64,000 bases of DNA from Podarcis melisellensis (lineage: Eukaryota), in the NCBI GenBank assembly GCA_964234715.1, contig OZ174276.1, one strand, 5' to 3'. Of this stretch, positions 47,291 through 59,941 are shown piece after piece. The notes under the pieces are model-generated. The model made no database searches. It was not told the origin of the DNA and worked only from the letters and a program-made list of their open reading frames with translations. Within the stretch, counting starts at the first letter, position 1. Each line of letters starts with the position of its first letter. The position numbers and the translations under genes were made by a program.

Positions 47291-49787
47291 CTGCATGGAA
47301 AGGAAATCAGTCAAGGGGTGTTAATGGAGAAAAAGTGAATCTCCCTGTCTTTCCATTTCAAAGAGATATAAAATAGGTAAAGCAATATCTTTTATGAGAT
47401 CAACTTCTGCCGGTGTAGGAGTACATCAAAAGAAGATCAGCCAATAAAGTATATTACCTTACCTGTTTTGCATCTCATTCTCTGGGACCAAGAGAGCAAC
47501 AACTATTGATGCCAATCTTCCATCCCTGGGCAGGGACCACATAACTGGCTCCATCACCCACCATTTCTCTGTTGCTGAGGCCCAAATTTTTTTTATTAAT
47601 CGGCGACAATTCTCCTCCCCACCAACTGCCTTATTTGTGCTATCTTATTTATTATAGGGGTTTTTAATTCTGGCTTTCTGTTCTGAATACAAGGGTGCCC
47701 AAGTTGGCTCTCATCAGGGTAAAAACAATACATAATCAGAACACTAAATCTCAAAAAGCAGCAGAAGCCAAGAAAACCATACCGGAGATGAAAAAAGGAA
47801 AAGAGACTCTAAAGTTGGGCCAAAAGCTAGCAAGAAGGTCCTAAACCTGAGGCAGAAGACCAAAAAGCAAGGGGGCTACGTGGCTCTTCCTAGACAGACA
47901 GTTCTACAACCTGAGTGCTCCAAACAGAACTGCCCTCTTTTCCCGTTCCCATCCATTGTACCTCAACTGATGGTAGGACATGCAGAAGGAGCCTCTTCAA
48001 CCCAGCTCAGTGGCTGGGTAGAATTGCATGAGATTAGAAGCCTTATCATGTTAAACCATTTTTAGTTGTCTAGTCAACAACATCCAAATTCACACATGAA
48101 TTTCTCAGAATAGGTTGCTCACTTGCACCTTCAAAAAGGAAAACAGACATTCACTGCCAGATGGAAAGGCCCTTTTTAGCATTTGCTCTTGCGTTGTTAG
48201 AACCAGAATAACCTAAAGAAATAAGGTGTATGCCCTTAGCTTACAACCTTCCCAATAAAAAAAATGATGTCCTCCCATTAATTAACTAGGGTTGCATCCA
48301 ATAAAATCACTGAGCTTAGGGCAAGGACTTCTGCATGCACAAAGGGTCTTGTTCTCCACATATAATCTCTCTCCCAACCACCACTACACTAATCTGCTCT
48401 GGAGGTTTGGGGAAGCCCCAGAAAAGATTTATTTTATTTATTTCATGTTTATTCCATCTTTTCCTCTAAGTTAACTTTCAGTTCTTGGTAGAGGTGTTAC
48501 TACATCAAATCCTGTGAAGTGGGATTTACTAATTTTAGCCTGGCTTTCTGGACTGGTATATAAAGTAGCACTGCACACTAAGAGAAGAAAGATGTATAAA
48601 AATGAGAGTCATGAAAAACTATGCATTACAGTGACTTACAGTTTTAGGAATGAAGAATTGCTCAAGAAAGGGACTGGTATGAACGTAAGTACTAACATAA
48701 GCTGCAGTGACTGTCCCCTGAATCACTTCAGATGAGCCAGAAAACTGCATCTTTGTAAAAGCAAATTTAGCAGCTAGGCCACAAGTGAAGAATGTTTGTG
48801 GTGTACTGAAGATATAAAAATATTTCAAGGAAAATGCAGTTGTGTCGCATTAACAGAAACAGTATAAGGAAGACACCAGTGGCAACAACATTATACTGGT
48901 TCAGTACTTATTAGGCTTTTGTTTGAAAATTCTGTTCAGGATACCAACAAACACTGAACAACAAAATATGACTAAGTGCTTGGAGTACATAGTATGAGAA
49001 AGGATGAAGGAACTCTTGAGAAAGAGACTTGAAGAGATATATTAACAATGCCTAAATATATTAACAAGTTGTCAGACAAAAGGGTGATCTATCAGAGCAG
49101 TTAAAGAATAGAGCACCAGCAAAATATATTGACTGCTATTAATTTATCTCCAAGCATTTTAATCTTGCTTTTCTGTTTTAGAAAGACACCAAAATCACAT
49201 CTATATAATACGGTGTAAAAGCTATCAGCAAAAGCTTCCTAATTTTAGGAACAGCTGATTAATGGATCAAGTTATTTGCTATTTGTGGTAGTTTAAGTAA
49301 CTTATGAAATAAGTTTTTGGTTCTGGAAGCGAATTCAGAATATCTTTTTCAACTCCTGATTAAATCAGTATTACCCAACCTGATTCTCTCTAGCTGTTGC
49401 TGACTACAATTCCCATAATCCCTATTGGGTGTTTCCACCAGGGCTGATGTGAGTTGGGTTCCAAAACATCTGGAGGACAACAGGTTTGGGAAGGGTTAAT
49501 TAAAATGTCAAACTCTTTCTTCATCCAATGGGAAAATATTAGCTTGATTAATGTATTTTAAGAAAGCCCTTTCCAACACCCCTAGGAGGGACTGGCTGTT
49601 AAGATATAATAATAATGACAAATAAGATCTAGGCAGGACTGTGCAGAAATGGCTGTAATCAGGATTCCCAAAGCTGGATTTTAAAAAGTGCTCCCCCCCC
49701 CGACTCTGTTACAAAGGATTTCTAATGATAATTTCATTTTATAAGTGGTTAATCAGCTGTCTTAGCCTTAACTCTGTACCAGAGTCA

Positions 49788-50108
49788 GGAACATAGGGGG
49801 ATGCCTTAAAGCAAGCCAGACCATTGCTTTGTCTAGCTCAATATTGTCTATGCCAGGTATGAAGAACCTTTGACACTCCAGATGCTGCCATACTACAATT
49901 CCCATCAGCTCCCAGAAACATGACCAATGGCCAGGGGTCATGGGAGTTGTAGTTCAGCAGCGTGTGGAGACCAAAGCTTCCCCACATCTGGTTGACATTG
50001 ATGGGAAGTGGCTCTTCAGGATTTGAGACAAAGGTCTTTTCCGACCCTAGCTGGGGACTGAACTAGGGACCTATTGCATGCAAAGCAGATGCTTTGCCAC
50101 TGACTACA
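49788..50108 (-). mobile_element. tRNA-derived SINE (same family as 16357) with a palindromic MITE nested at ~49853-49991
   Basis: AGCTCAATATTGTCTA body and TGCATGCAAAGCAGATGC head in reverse, interrupted by the ACTACAATTCCCA hairpin. Confidence 0.7.
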
Positions 50109-50454
50109 ATCTTTCCTCTAAATGTTTTGAAATCAAAGGGTTTGGGCATGCCTAACTCAGCATAACATCTACATTAGTATATAAAGAATCCTTTGCACAA
50201 GAAGGAACAGCTTACGGATTTTATCATGCGGGTCTGCTAGAAAATAAAACACAAAATTAACTAGGCTGTAGCGCTACCTGCTGCATATATCTGGAAGTGC
50301 TCTGGAGAGCTTCACCAGTTTAGCATATTCCATTAAGAGGGTCAGTAGGAAAGGGACTGAAAGTCTGCCAGTATCATAATGCCATTCTACACAGCTATGG
50401 CACGTGGAATGCTAGCTACAATCCTGGTTGCCTTGTGTGATCAAAGGACTGAAT

Positions 50455-50967
50455 CAACTACCTTATGAAGAAAAGTTGCATTTGAGGATTCTTAGTTTTG
50501 AAAGGGGGGGTATTTGGGGGGGGAGGGCATGACAAAGGGGCATACAATGATGCGATGTGGAGAAAATGAACGGAGAGAAGCTTTTCTCCCTCCTTCCTAT
50601 TAATTGAACTCATGAGTCATCCAGAGAAACTGAATATTGGAAGATTCAGGACAGGTAAAAAGGAGTTCTTCACACATCACAGATGGAATTTGTTCCCACA
50701 AAATGTAGTGATGTCTACCAACATGGATTTAGAAGGGGATTAGCCAAATTCACGGGAGATATCATGACTACCAGCCATGACTAAATTCACTATCAAAGGC
50801 TGTAGGTGCCTGAATAGCATTTACTGGGAATCAAAAGTTGGGAGAGTGCTGTTGCACTCAAGTCTTGCTTGTGGGCTTCCCATCAGCATTTGGTTGGCCA
50901 CTTTGAACAGGGTTCTAGATTATATGTGCCTTTGGTCTGATCTAACAGGACTCTCCTTATGCTCTTA
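50455..50967 (+). mobile_element. CR1 LINE 3' fragment (degenerate)
   Basis: CCTTATGAAGAAAAG...AGATTCAGGACAG...TTCTTCACAC...TTTGGTCTGATC...CTTATG, resembling CR1 ORF2 end and 3' UTR. Confidence 0.7.
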
Positions 50968-51362
50968 CCATGAAAGTGTGAAAGTGCATTTAAAACATTT
51001 TTACCATATTCTTTGGCCAAAAAGGACAGCTTATAAGGATCAGTCTTATTACAGGATGAATGGAGAGACATCTGCTCTGATCTCCCAAAAGTTATGGTTC
51101 GGTTGTAGTACACCTGCTTTGCAATCAGAAGGACCCAAGTTCAGAAGCCAGTCTGGGAGCATTTTAACTCTTCCTATTCCTTTCCCCTCTTCTGAAATTT
51201 AAGTTTGCCCATGTTTGACTTCATGGGCAGCTTTCCACATTCTTGTAGGTTTAATTTGATAGGGCCGTGGTCTCTTTTCCCAATCAGTTCAACATCATTT
51301 ACATCTTGCAACAGGTCCTGGGCTACCACTCAGGTTTCTAGCTACAGTCCTAACTACTACTA

Positions 51363-51604
51363 CAGTGGTACCTTGGGTTACATATGCTTCAGGTTACATA
51401 CACTTCAGGTTACAGACTCCGCTAACCCAGAAATAGTGCTTCAGGTTAAGAACTTTGCTTCAGGATGAGAACAGAAATTTTGCTCCGGCGGCGCGGCAGC
51501 AGCAGGAGCCCCCATTAGCTAAAGTGGTGCTTCAGGTTAAGAACAGTTTCAGGTGAATAACGGACCTCTGGAACAAATTAAGTACTTAACCCGAGGTACC
51601 ACTG
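51363..51604. mobile_element. Tigger/pogo-like MITE
   Basis: TA-CAGTGGTACCTTGGGTTA...TAACCCGAGGTACCACTG-TA; internal CTTCAGGTTA repeats. Confidence 0.9.
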
Positions 51605-51698
51605 TACTGTGGCCTGGAGGGGCTGAACAAAGTGGTAGGACCAACACTACATCCACAGCTCTGCCACCATCACCGGGGGGTGCTGGAGCAAGGAAGTA

Positions 51699-51933
51699 CC
51701 GTATTTTTTGCTCTATAAGACGCACCTAGTTTTTGGAGGAGGAAAACAAGAGAAAAAAAATTCTGAATCTTAGAAGCCAGAACAGCAAGAGGGATCGCTG
51801 TGCAGTGAAAGCAGCAATCCCTCTTGCTGTTCTGGCTTCTGTGATAGCTGCGCAGCCTGCATTCGCTCCATAAGATGCACATTTCCCCTTACTTTTTAGG
51901 GGGGGGGTGAGTCTTACAGAGCAAAAAATACGG
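51699..51933. mobile_element. Related Tc1/mariner-pogo-type MITE, copy 3
   Basis: TA-CCGTATTTTTTGCTCTATAAGAC...GTCTTACAGAGCAAAAAATACGG-TA; different internal hairpin. Confidence 0.86.
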
Positions 51934-52729
51934 TAAGTGTATCACAGCAGCAGCCTGCAGCTGGTGCAGCAATAAGGCCTGACGTCATAACACAGCATCA
52001 CTGGGACAAGCTTGGGATCCAACAGCACATCTGACAGGGTGAAGGGGAGCTCCATACTTGTGGCGTGACACCGGTATCTCCCTGCAGGCAGCAGGGCTGG
52101 ACAGAGAAACACCTCTGGCCAGTTCAACCCCCTCTCCAGCCTGTTGTGAAGGGGATTTAGATTGTTCTGTAATTCCAGGGTCATTCCCATTTATTTGCTT
52201 TCTTCCCCAACAGTTTCATGGCGCAGTCATTTAGATATGTTTTGCTTTGTCACCGCCTGAACGTGAGTTTACCTAGGCAGCTGAAGTTACCCATTATTAC
52301 AACATCCATTATTACAATTATTTTCACACTCCCAGCCCAGATTTCTATAGCAAATGAAGGCCATTACAAAATGACCTGCAGACAGACATAATATTACGGT
52401 GGGTAGGCAGCCCTGGCTAACTTACAAATCCAGACGCCAGGGGCAAAAAAATCCCTCAAGCAAGGGGGGGGCAATGGATAGGGCTTAAACACTACCAATT
52501 CATGTCTGTCCCCAACACCACTTTATAGTGGAACCTCCTTGGTCCTTCCCCAACCCCATTCCACATCCAACGCCTACTCTTTAAGGAAACCACCCCAGCT
52601 TCTGAGCACCCATCATCTGATTCTCCAGAAGATTAAGCCCAACTCTTGCAGTCCTGAATTGGCCAAGCTGCTCTATCTATCCACTACTCTTTAGTGCCCC
52701 CAAAACTAAATAAGACCCTTCCTCTAAAC

Positions 52730-52865
52730 CTGTGTTTCCCAAACTTGGGTCTCCAGGTGCTGTTGGTTTTTTTGACTACAACTCCCATCATCCCTAGCTA
52801 GCAAGTCAGGGATGGTGGGAATTGTAGTCCAAAAGCAGATGGAGACCCAAGTTTGGGAAACGCTG
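52730..52865. mobile_element. Palindromic hAT MITE copy in CENPX intron 1
   Basis: TGTTTCCCAAACTTGGGTCTCC...GGAGACCCAAGTTTGGGAAAC; TCTAAAC on both flanks. Confidence 0.85.
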
Positions 52866-53123
52866 GGAGTCTAAACCAAGAGCCCCCCCAAGACACAGGT
52901 CTTCTCTGAGGGAACCTCTTTAGCCTTCACAGCAGGATTTGCAGAACTTGACAAGCCACTGAAACAACTTACACAGAAACCTTCCCAAGTTCCTGCCATA
53001 ACATTTTAGCGCGTGTCTGTAAACTCTGAACTCTCAGGGCTCCCGTTCACACACACCCTTTAACCGCCACCCGTCACTTTCCAATGTGAATTCCGTTCCC
53101 TGCTCCCCCGCCCCCGTCCTGAC

Positions 53124-53162
53124 CTTTTTGAAGCCTTTCGCGCCTTCTTCCCTCTTCTCCAT
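53124..53162 (-). CDS. CENPX: CENPX exon 1 CDS: [13 protein letters not shown]
   Basis: ATG at 53162, donor AAG|gtcagg; GF(R/K)K motif; next to a CpG-rich promoter. Confidence 0.9.
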
Positions 53163-53169
53163 TTCAAAG

Positions 53170-53560
53170 AGGACCCGCCCTCTTGACTCTCCTCCTCAAT
53201 CACTGCCCAGAGGCGGCGCCGGAAGTCCCGAGGGCTCAAGGCATCGCGCAATGCATGCTGGAAGATGTAGTCGGTCTGAAGTCGGCTCCGGCTCGCGATT
53301 TCATCCCACTTCCGGTGGCAGAAGAGGCCTCCTTGGCCGAGAATTGTGGGAGTTGTAGTTGACTCTTCCCTCCATCTCTTGCGTTGTGCTCTCTTGACTC
53401 AGTAAGTAATCCAAGGTAGAGACCTGAACGGGAAGCCTTGTTTTGCAGGGGCGGTGGAGCCCGGCCTGGGGACCTGGGGGTAGGCCAGGATCTGAAGGCA
53501 AAGCGATATAAGAGGGAGAAAATAGGCGGTGTAAGAGCCGCAGCTCGAGTAAGTTCAAAC
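53170..53560. promoter_or_regulatory. CpG-rich CENPX (possibly bidirectional CENPX/LRRC45) promoter
   Basis: CpG cluster; ETS/GABP sites CCGGAAGT (53219) and CACTTCCGG (53307); two ZNF143/THAP11 motifs on - (53253-53271, 53341-53359); GC boxes; + strand GTAAGT donors at 53402 and 53549. Confidence 0.85.
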
Positions 53561-54076
53561 AGGAAGGGTGGTTTTCTTGCTCATTTGGTAGTGGAAATGG
53601 TATTTTTGCCCTCATTGCCACGTGCGCCTGCTCCTGTGCTCCACTGCCATAGCTGATTCTGCTCACATCTCTACTGCTCGTAGTAACCATGTTCAGAATA
53701 AACTAGTAGCTAGTAGGATAGATTGCAAATGCATTTTCCGCCAGCCCTACAGGATCATAATTCTAAAGCCTTTACTTGGAATTAAATTTATATCAGTAGG
53801 AATTACTTTTAAAAAAAATAATTACGTCCCATTAAGTTCAGTAGGACTTCCTCTCTTGTACATTTGTGCAATCAAAGACTGCGACTTAGTCACACCGAAT
53901 TCGGTGGGATTTACTAAGTAAACATTTATAGGACTGGATCACACAGTTGCACTTCCTGAGGTTGCTTAGCTCCCTGGAAGTAGTTCTGTATCCAAAAGGT
54001 TTAGGGCGGGGCCGTTAGGCTGCCTTCCTAAGATAACTTAAGTCATTGAAAGTCTGATTGAATTTAATGCATCTTA

Positions 54077-54441
54077 AAGGTAAAGGTAAAGGTACCCCTG
54101 CCCGTACGGGCCAGTCTTGCCAGACTCTGGGGTTGTGCGCCCATCTCACTCAAGAGGCCAGGGGCCAGCGCTGTCCGAAGACACTTCCGGGTCACGTGGC
54201 CAGTGTGACATCGCTGCTCTGGCGAGCCAGAGCTGCACACGGAAACGCCGTTTACCTTCCCGCTAGAAAGCGGTCCCTATTTATCTACTTGCACCCAAGG
54301 GTGCTTTCGAACTGCTAGGTTGGCAGGCGCTGGGACCGAGCAACGGGAGCGCACCCCGCCGTGGGGATTCGAACCACCGACCTTTCGATCGGCAAGCCCT
54401 AGGCGCTGAGGCTTTTACCCACAGCGCCACCCGTGTCCCTC
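54077..54441 (-). mobile_element. Sauria SINE, divergent subfamily, with 13-bp TSD
   Basis: (AAAGGT)n tail at left; TSD TTAATGCATCTTA at 54064-54076 and 54442-54454. Confidence 0.94.
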
Positions 54442-55530
54442 TTAATGCATCTTACCTCTGAGTAAACTTGGCTAGGACCAAGCTTTAAGTCCGCATACTA
54501 GGCACTGGAGCTACTGACACTGAAATAGTACTAAAATGCTTCTATACAACTATTGTCACCATCTCTTAATAACTTCGTGCCAACTGTATGATGGGCACTA
54601 GAAAATACACAAATAAAGTTGTTTTATTTCTCAGGGTAATTTTAGTCAAAACCTTCCTTAGCATGGACACAGCTGACGGGCTGAGAAACAACAAATAGTG
54701 GGTACAGAGCAAGGAAATGTGATGGCATACACTTTCTCTAAATTCCACTAGGCCAGGCAAGGTCTAGCTTTCCCTAGGGGCAACTTTCCCAGCCAGTGTT
54801 GGCTGGGGCCAGAGGCAAATGCAGACAGAGCAATGAATATAAATGTTATTTTGTACAGTGGGCTATTTTCTACACACACACACACAAATACCCCTATTAT
54901 TCTCCATCCAGACTAGTAGGAATCATTATCAGAGTTCAATGACATATTCCAACCAGCCAAAAACACTCAAAGGGAATGTGAAGTGAGGCCTTTAGTTTGG
55001 TGAGGAGCACTACAGTTCCTCCCAGGATGATTGGGGGGGAGGGGAGTCATGTGCTTTTAATGTATAGTGTGGATCTGACTAGTTGATACACTTTGCCACC
55101 TCTTCCCACAATTCAGCAACTATTCTCGTCTTCCTAACGGCTTCCCTGTCTCCATGCTTTCAATAGAGAGCAGCAATTCTTCCTTTAGTAAAACTTTCAA
55201 ATAGAATCTGATGTATGCAGAATCTGCTGCTGATTCAGCCTTTTAAATTTGAAATCCACACTGATCAGAACTTTCACTTCTCTTTTTCCTCTATCCTACT
55301 CTTCTGTTTATTTGATTTTCTCTTTTTTTTTGTCTACTGAGGCATGAATGGGTATGAAAGTGTGGGTGAATGTATACAATTAGTATATTCACAACAAGTT
55401 TTTTAAAACTGCAAGACAGTGTTGAAGGGAAAGTGTAGGGAGAGAATGGGCGAGGCAAAGTAAGAATACATATATGAAACCGTTTCAACCAATTTCTTAT
55501 TGCTTTACATATTTTTCTTACAATTAAGAC

Positions 55531-55874
55531 AGTGGGTGGCGCTGTGGGTTAAACCACAGAGCCTAGGGCTTGCCGATCAGAAGGTCGGAGGTTCGAATCC
55601 CCGTGACGGGGTGGGCTCCCGTTGCTTTGTCCCTGCTCCTGCCAACCTAGAAGTTCGAAAGCACGAAGTGCAAGTAGATAAATAGGTACCGCTCCGGCAG
55701 GAAGGTAAACGGCGTTTCTGTGCACTGCTCTGGTTCGCCAGAACCAGCTTAGTCATGGTGGCCACATGACCCGGAAGCTGTATGCCGGCTCCCTCGGCTA
55801 ATAAAGAGAGATGAGCGCCACAACCCCAGAGTTGTCCACGACTAGACCTAATGGTCAGGGATCCCTTTACCTTT
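55531..55874 (+). mobile_element. Sauria SINE (Squam1)
   Basis: GGGTGGCGCTGTGGGTTAAACCACAGAGCC...CCCTTTACCTTT. Confidence 0.94.
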
Positions 55875-56824
55875 AAACTTTTAAAAAGCCAAGTGAGTCT
55901 AGTTTTGTTCAGGGGAAGTCTGCAGATTTCAGAACCAATGTAATTTGACGTTTCACACAGTGACTTGTAGACACAAGAATTAACTGCCTCCATTCAAAAG
56001 AACTGTACTTGGCAGTGTGAGGTGATACATAATGCTTGAAATGTGATAGTGGTTATTTTTGCTGCAGTCACTGAGTGGTTAACATGTATGTGTGAACTCA
56101 TCCTGAGACTGAACTGTTACTGTGAACTAATTTACAAGTAAGTGGATTGTTCTCACATAAACATAAAGTGTCTAATTCTCATCCCTGATGGCACACTGTA
56201 GTGTCATATTGTACCCCACATCTCTATAACAGTTTCTCACAGAAAACATGTGTGATTCCAAGGCAAACCTCCAGGGATGCAGACAACAACTTGGCATCTT
56301 TGTGTGAAAGGCTGGCTTCATTCTTCCCAGTTAAATTAATGCATTAATTTGATAACACACACACAAAAATAAACAAGTTTTCCCAAAGTTCTGTATTCTG
56401 CAGAATGTGCACCCCAGATTTCAGCATCTTACATTTCCACAGAATATGAGAGACTAGCCAGACTTGCATTTTGATTCTGGCTAATCTCTCACGTTCAGGA
56501 ATCTTGTAGAACAGGCACACTAGATATTTATTTTTAAAGGGTTCTCTTACACCACACGAAGACCACAGGTGCCTCTTATTTTAGAGAATGGCTGTCCCAT
56601 AAAACAGGCACTGAAGGTCTCTCAAGTCCTTTTAAACATGCTTGATCTGCCAACTCGAGTTCTTGTTAAGTTGCCTTCATTACTTCAGAAACTTAACCTA
56701 AAACACTTTATCAGATTCTAATTGATTTCATATGCATCATTATATGTGTGTTTACCCTGTGTGTTTAAAACCAGAACTCCTTAGCAGAAGGAATGTCCGT
56801 GAGAAAGTCAAATATTACTGCTAA

Positions 56825-56903
56825 ACTACAACTCCCAGCATGCCTTACTTCCTAAATAATAGGATTTGGCAGAGGAAGAATTTAACTACATTACCCATCA
56901 TGC
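56825..56903 (+). promoter_or_regulatory. Tandem ZNF143/THAP11 (SBS) motifs upstream of the first LRRC45 coding exon
   Basis: ACTACAACTCCCAGCATGCC (56825) and ACTACATTACCCATCATGC (56885), 60 bp apart, without MITE flanks. Confidence 0.65.
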
Positions 56904-57236
56904 TCCGTTTCCCTTGGTTACATAGGCTGGCGCTGGCAGTTGAAGGGTGAGGCTGTATTTCTAGCAACCCTCAGTGAGTGTTTGGAAACCTGACTGCTTT
57001 GTCTCGGGGTAAAGTTGGCTAGGCTGGTGCCATTCCTAGTGCCCTTATGTGGGTTTTTCTTAAAATCTTAAAAGCATGATTATCTGAGAGAAAGCACTCA
57101 GCAGCATGTATCAGGGTGGTAATATCTGACTGTTGCTGTCCCCCAGGCTACCCTCGGCTGCCATTTCATACCGGGACCCCTCTTAATTCCTCATCTACGT
57201 GGAGGGGCATGAGTGACACTGATGCCTGCCACAGAG

Positions 57237-57459
57237 ATGGATGACTTCCGACGGTCCTACGTTAGGCTGTGCAAGGAGAGCGGTGCTGAACCCCAGGAAA
57301 GTATCCTGCAGCACTTGGAGGAAGCCTCAGGGAAAAGCCGCTTGGATTTAGCTACACACACCCTTTCTGTGGAAACCTGCGGGGTCCTGGGCAAGCTCTT
57401 GCAAGATGAACTCCAGTTCACCGAGATCACGCTGAGCAATTGTATGCTGAGTGAAGAAG
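57237..57459 (+). CDS. LRRC45: LRRC45 first coding exon (acceptor at 57147; in-frame upstream ATG at 57222 possible)
   Basis: MDDFRRSY...LSNCMLSEE; donor GAAG|gtgggg. Confidence 0.94.
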
Positions 57460-58909
57460 GTGGGGCTCTGTTTGTTCATAAGGCAATTCTTGATTTCTGT
57501 CCTTTCCTGGGAATAGACCGTAAAAGTCAAAGTCCGTGGCCTCTTTTCCTCATGGCCTCTCACCCATCCTTCAGTTGCTGATGTGCCATGGGAGGCCCAG
57601 GAATAAAAGGGCTTGGAATACCTGCTGGTGGCAATTGCCGTAAGGGGATTTGGTCACTATTCAGAACCATGATGCCTCTATGAGGGGTGCATTTGAAATC
57701 CCATCAAGAGCCAAACAATGATGTGTGAAGTGATGTAAAATTGATTTTTTGCAGAAAGTGGATTTTCCTCAGTGCCACAGTAGGGGAGGAAAGGGTTAAC
57801 ACACACCCCACATGCCTGCTAATTACCAGCCACCCAGGCTGGGGCGTTTTTTCCCCATAATGTGAAGACTGCATTTAACAGACTAAACCCCAGAAAATAT
57901 TACACTGAAACAGAATTTTCCCAGTTCCCAAATAACATGTTGTTAACAGAGCCTCTTACACAGGGCCAGGCATACACTGCAATTTCTGTGATTGCACTAT
58001 GTAATAATTGGCAGTGGGGGCAGAATACAGCATTCTGAGAATACAGGCTTATTCCTAACCCTAAAACATGGGTGAAAAGCTTGTTGCCCTCCAGATGCAC
58101 TTGTTGCACTCCCTGATCGCTGGTCATATGGGCTGGTGCTGATGAAAGTCGTAGTCCAAAACATTCAGAAGGCACAAGCTTGAGGGAGACTGCCTTAAAG
58201 TATTCAGGTAAAATAACAGGAGCTGTAAGGCAATTAGAGAAGGCCAATGGCCTCTCTAGAATTGCCCCATTTTTCTTTTTTTGAGAGAAGGTGTGCCCTT
58301 TGGGACTGCCTTCTACAATATGGATGGGAAACATCCAGGGGTCAAATGTAGCACTTTATCTGCCTCTCAAGGCTTCTCCCCCCCCCTCCCCGAGACACCT
58401 CTCCCCTGCAGACCTCCAAGTGTGGGTCCATTTAGTGTGGGCATTCCATTAAGTACTTGAGCCTAGAGCCAGTAGCAAAGCTTTGGATTGGGCCTGATGG
58501 CTCACAACATGCATAAGATGGTGCTTTAAATGAGTTATGCCTCCCCTTTGAAACAGCTTTTCCAGGCTAGAGTGTTAGGCAACACATAATCCCAGAGGAA
58601 GACCTTTTGGCACCCATTAGAGCAGGGATAGCCAACATAGTGTGTTCTAGAAATTTTGGACTACAACTCATCCATCGTCCGTGACCGTTGGCCATACTGG
58701 CTGAGGCTGATGGAAATTGTCCACAGCATATAGAGGCATCTGTTTGGCCACTCCTGTGTTAGAATCATAGCAAGAAGTTGCTGACTACAGAGCTTCCCTG
58801 ACTGAAACAAATACGTACCTGCTGACTCTTGCTGCTCATACCCAGGGGTTGAGAGGCCAGACCTTCAGTACAAAAAGGAATTAACTGCTCTTTCCTTTTT
58901 CCCTTACAG

Positions 58910-58971
58910 GGGCTAAGCTACTACTTCATGGACTTTGTTCCAACACTGTTGTGAAATCCTTGGATCTGAAG
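58910..58971 (+). CDS. LRRC45: LRRC45 exon: GAKLLLHGLCSNTVVKSLDLK
   Basis: ttacag|GG ... AAG|gtgagt. Confidence 0.95.
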
Positions 58972-59870
58972 GTGAGTCGGTTCCACTTCCAAGTAGTGGG
59001 GTCCAGAAATGACTACAATGCAACTTTGGAATTTTGAGAATCCCAGCTATTTTTAAAGGCTGAATTCCTCTTCTTCACGGTTGCAGAGGTACAGTTTTAA
59101 ATGTAAAGGCAGGAATTCAGAATCGTAAGTCCCAGTTAATTGCTTTAAACTCTTACAGGTTCTGTGCATATGGTTTTGCATCCCAGTCCTAAACACATGT
59201 GGAACAAAGCACCAATAAGAAATAGCTAGCTCCTCATTACCGCCCCCCCACAAGCCAAGAGACACAAATATTTTGCTTAAGTTGCAGCATATGATTAGCC
59301 CAGACCTCAAATGTAAACAGCGTGTGTCTATGTTGCTAGTACAGACTCTCTTTTTTGCAGTTTAAACGCCATGGCTTTCTGCCCAAAGGAATCTTGGAGT
59401 CTATTTACGTACTTACTAAATTTCACCCTGCTTTTCAGTTCAAATAACACAAACTGATGTTCAATAGCAGAATCATAAAAATAATAGTTGATAATGAAAA
59501 TCAACTGAATGAAAATCAACTTTAACACTGAATGTGAACTGTTGTCAAGCGCTAGTCACAACAACAAGTGCTAGTCACCACATCTTTACAAGTTTCTAAC
59601 TCCCAAGAGTCCTTGGGCAAAGCCATGGTACAAAAAGTTATTTTAAAGCAGTGTAGTGTAGATGTACTTGTACCTGTCGACGAGGCAAAGCAAGCAGCTG
59701 AATTCCATTTAATGGGGACCATGAGTGGGAGAGGGCCATTGTGCTGCTGGCTTGCTTAAGGGCTTCCCACAAGCATCTGAGAACAGGATAACAGACTAAG
59801 TGGGCCTTTGGTCTGACCCTGCCGTGCTCATATGTTATCCTGTTAACTGCTGGGGCTTGGTTTGTTTCAG

Positions 59871-59941
59871 GGAAACAACCTACGATCTGTGGGAGCAGAG
59901 GCTCTGGGGAAACTGCTCAGGCAGAACAAGACAATCCAGAG
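59871..59941 (+). CDS. LRRC45: LRRC45 exon: GNNLRSVGAEALGKLLRQNKTIQ
   Basis: tttcag|GGA ... CAGAG|gtgagc. Confidence 0.95.

Larger units (their letters stand above)
45822..53162 (-). other. CENPX: CENPX (STRA13/MHF2) complete gene, 82 aa histone-fold protein. CDS complement join 53124-53162, 47239-47290, 47012-47065, 46035-46123, 45822-45836
   Basis: Spliced product [82 protein letters not shown]; syntenic between ASPSCR1 and LRRC45. Confidence 0.97.
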
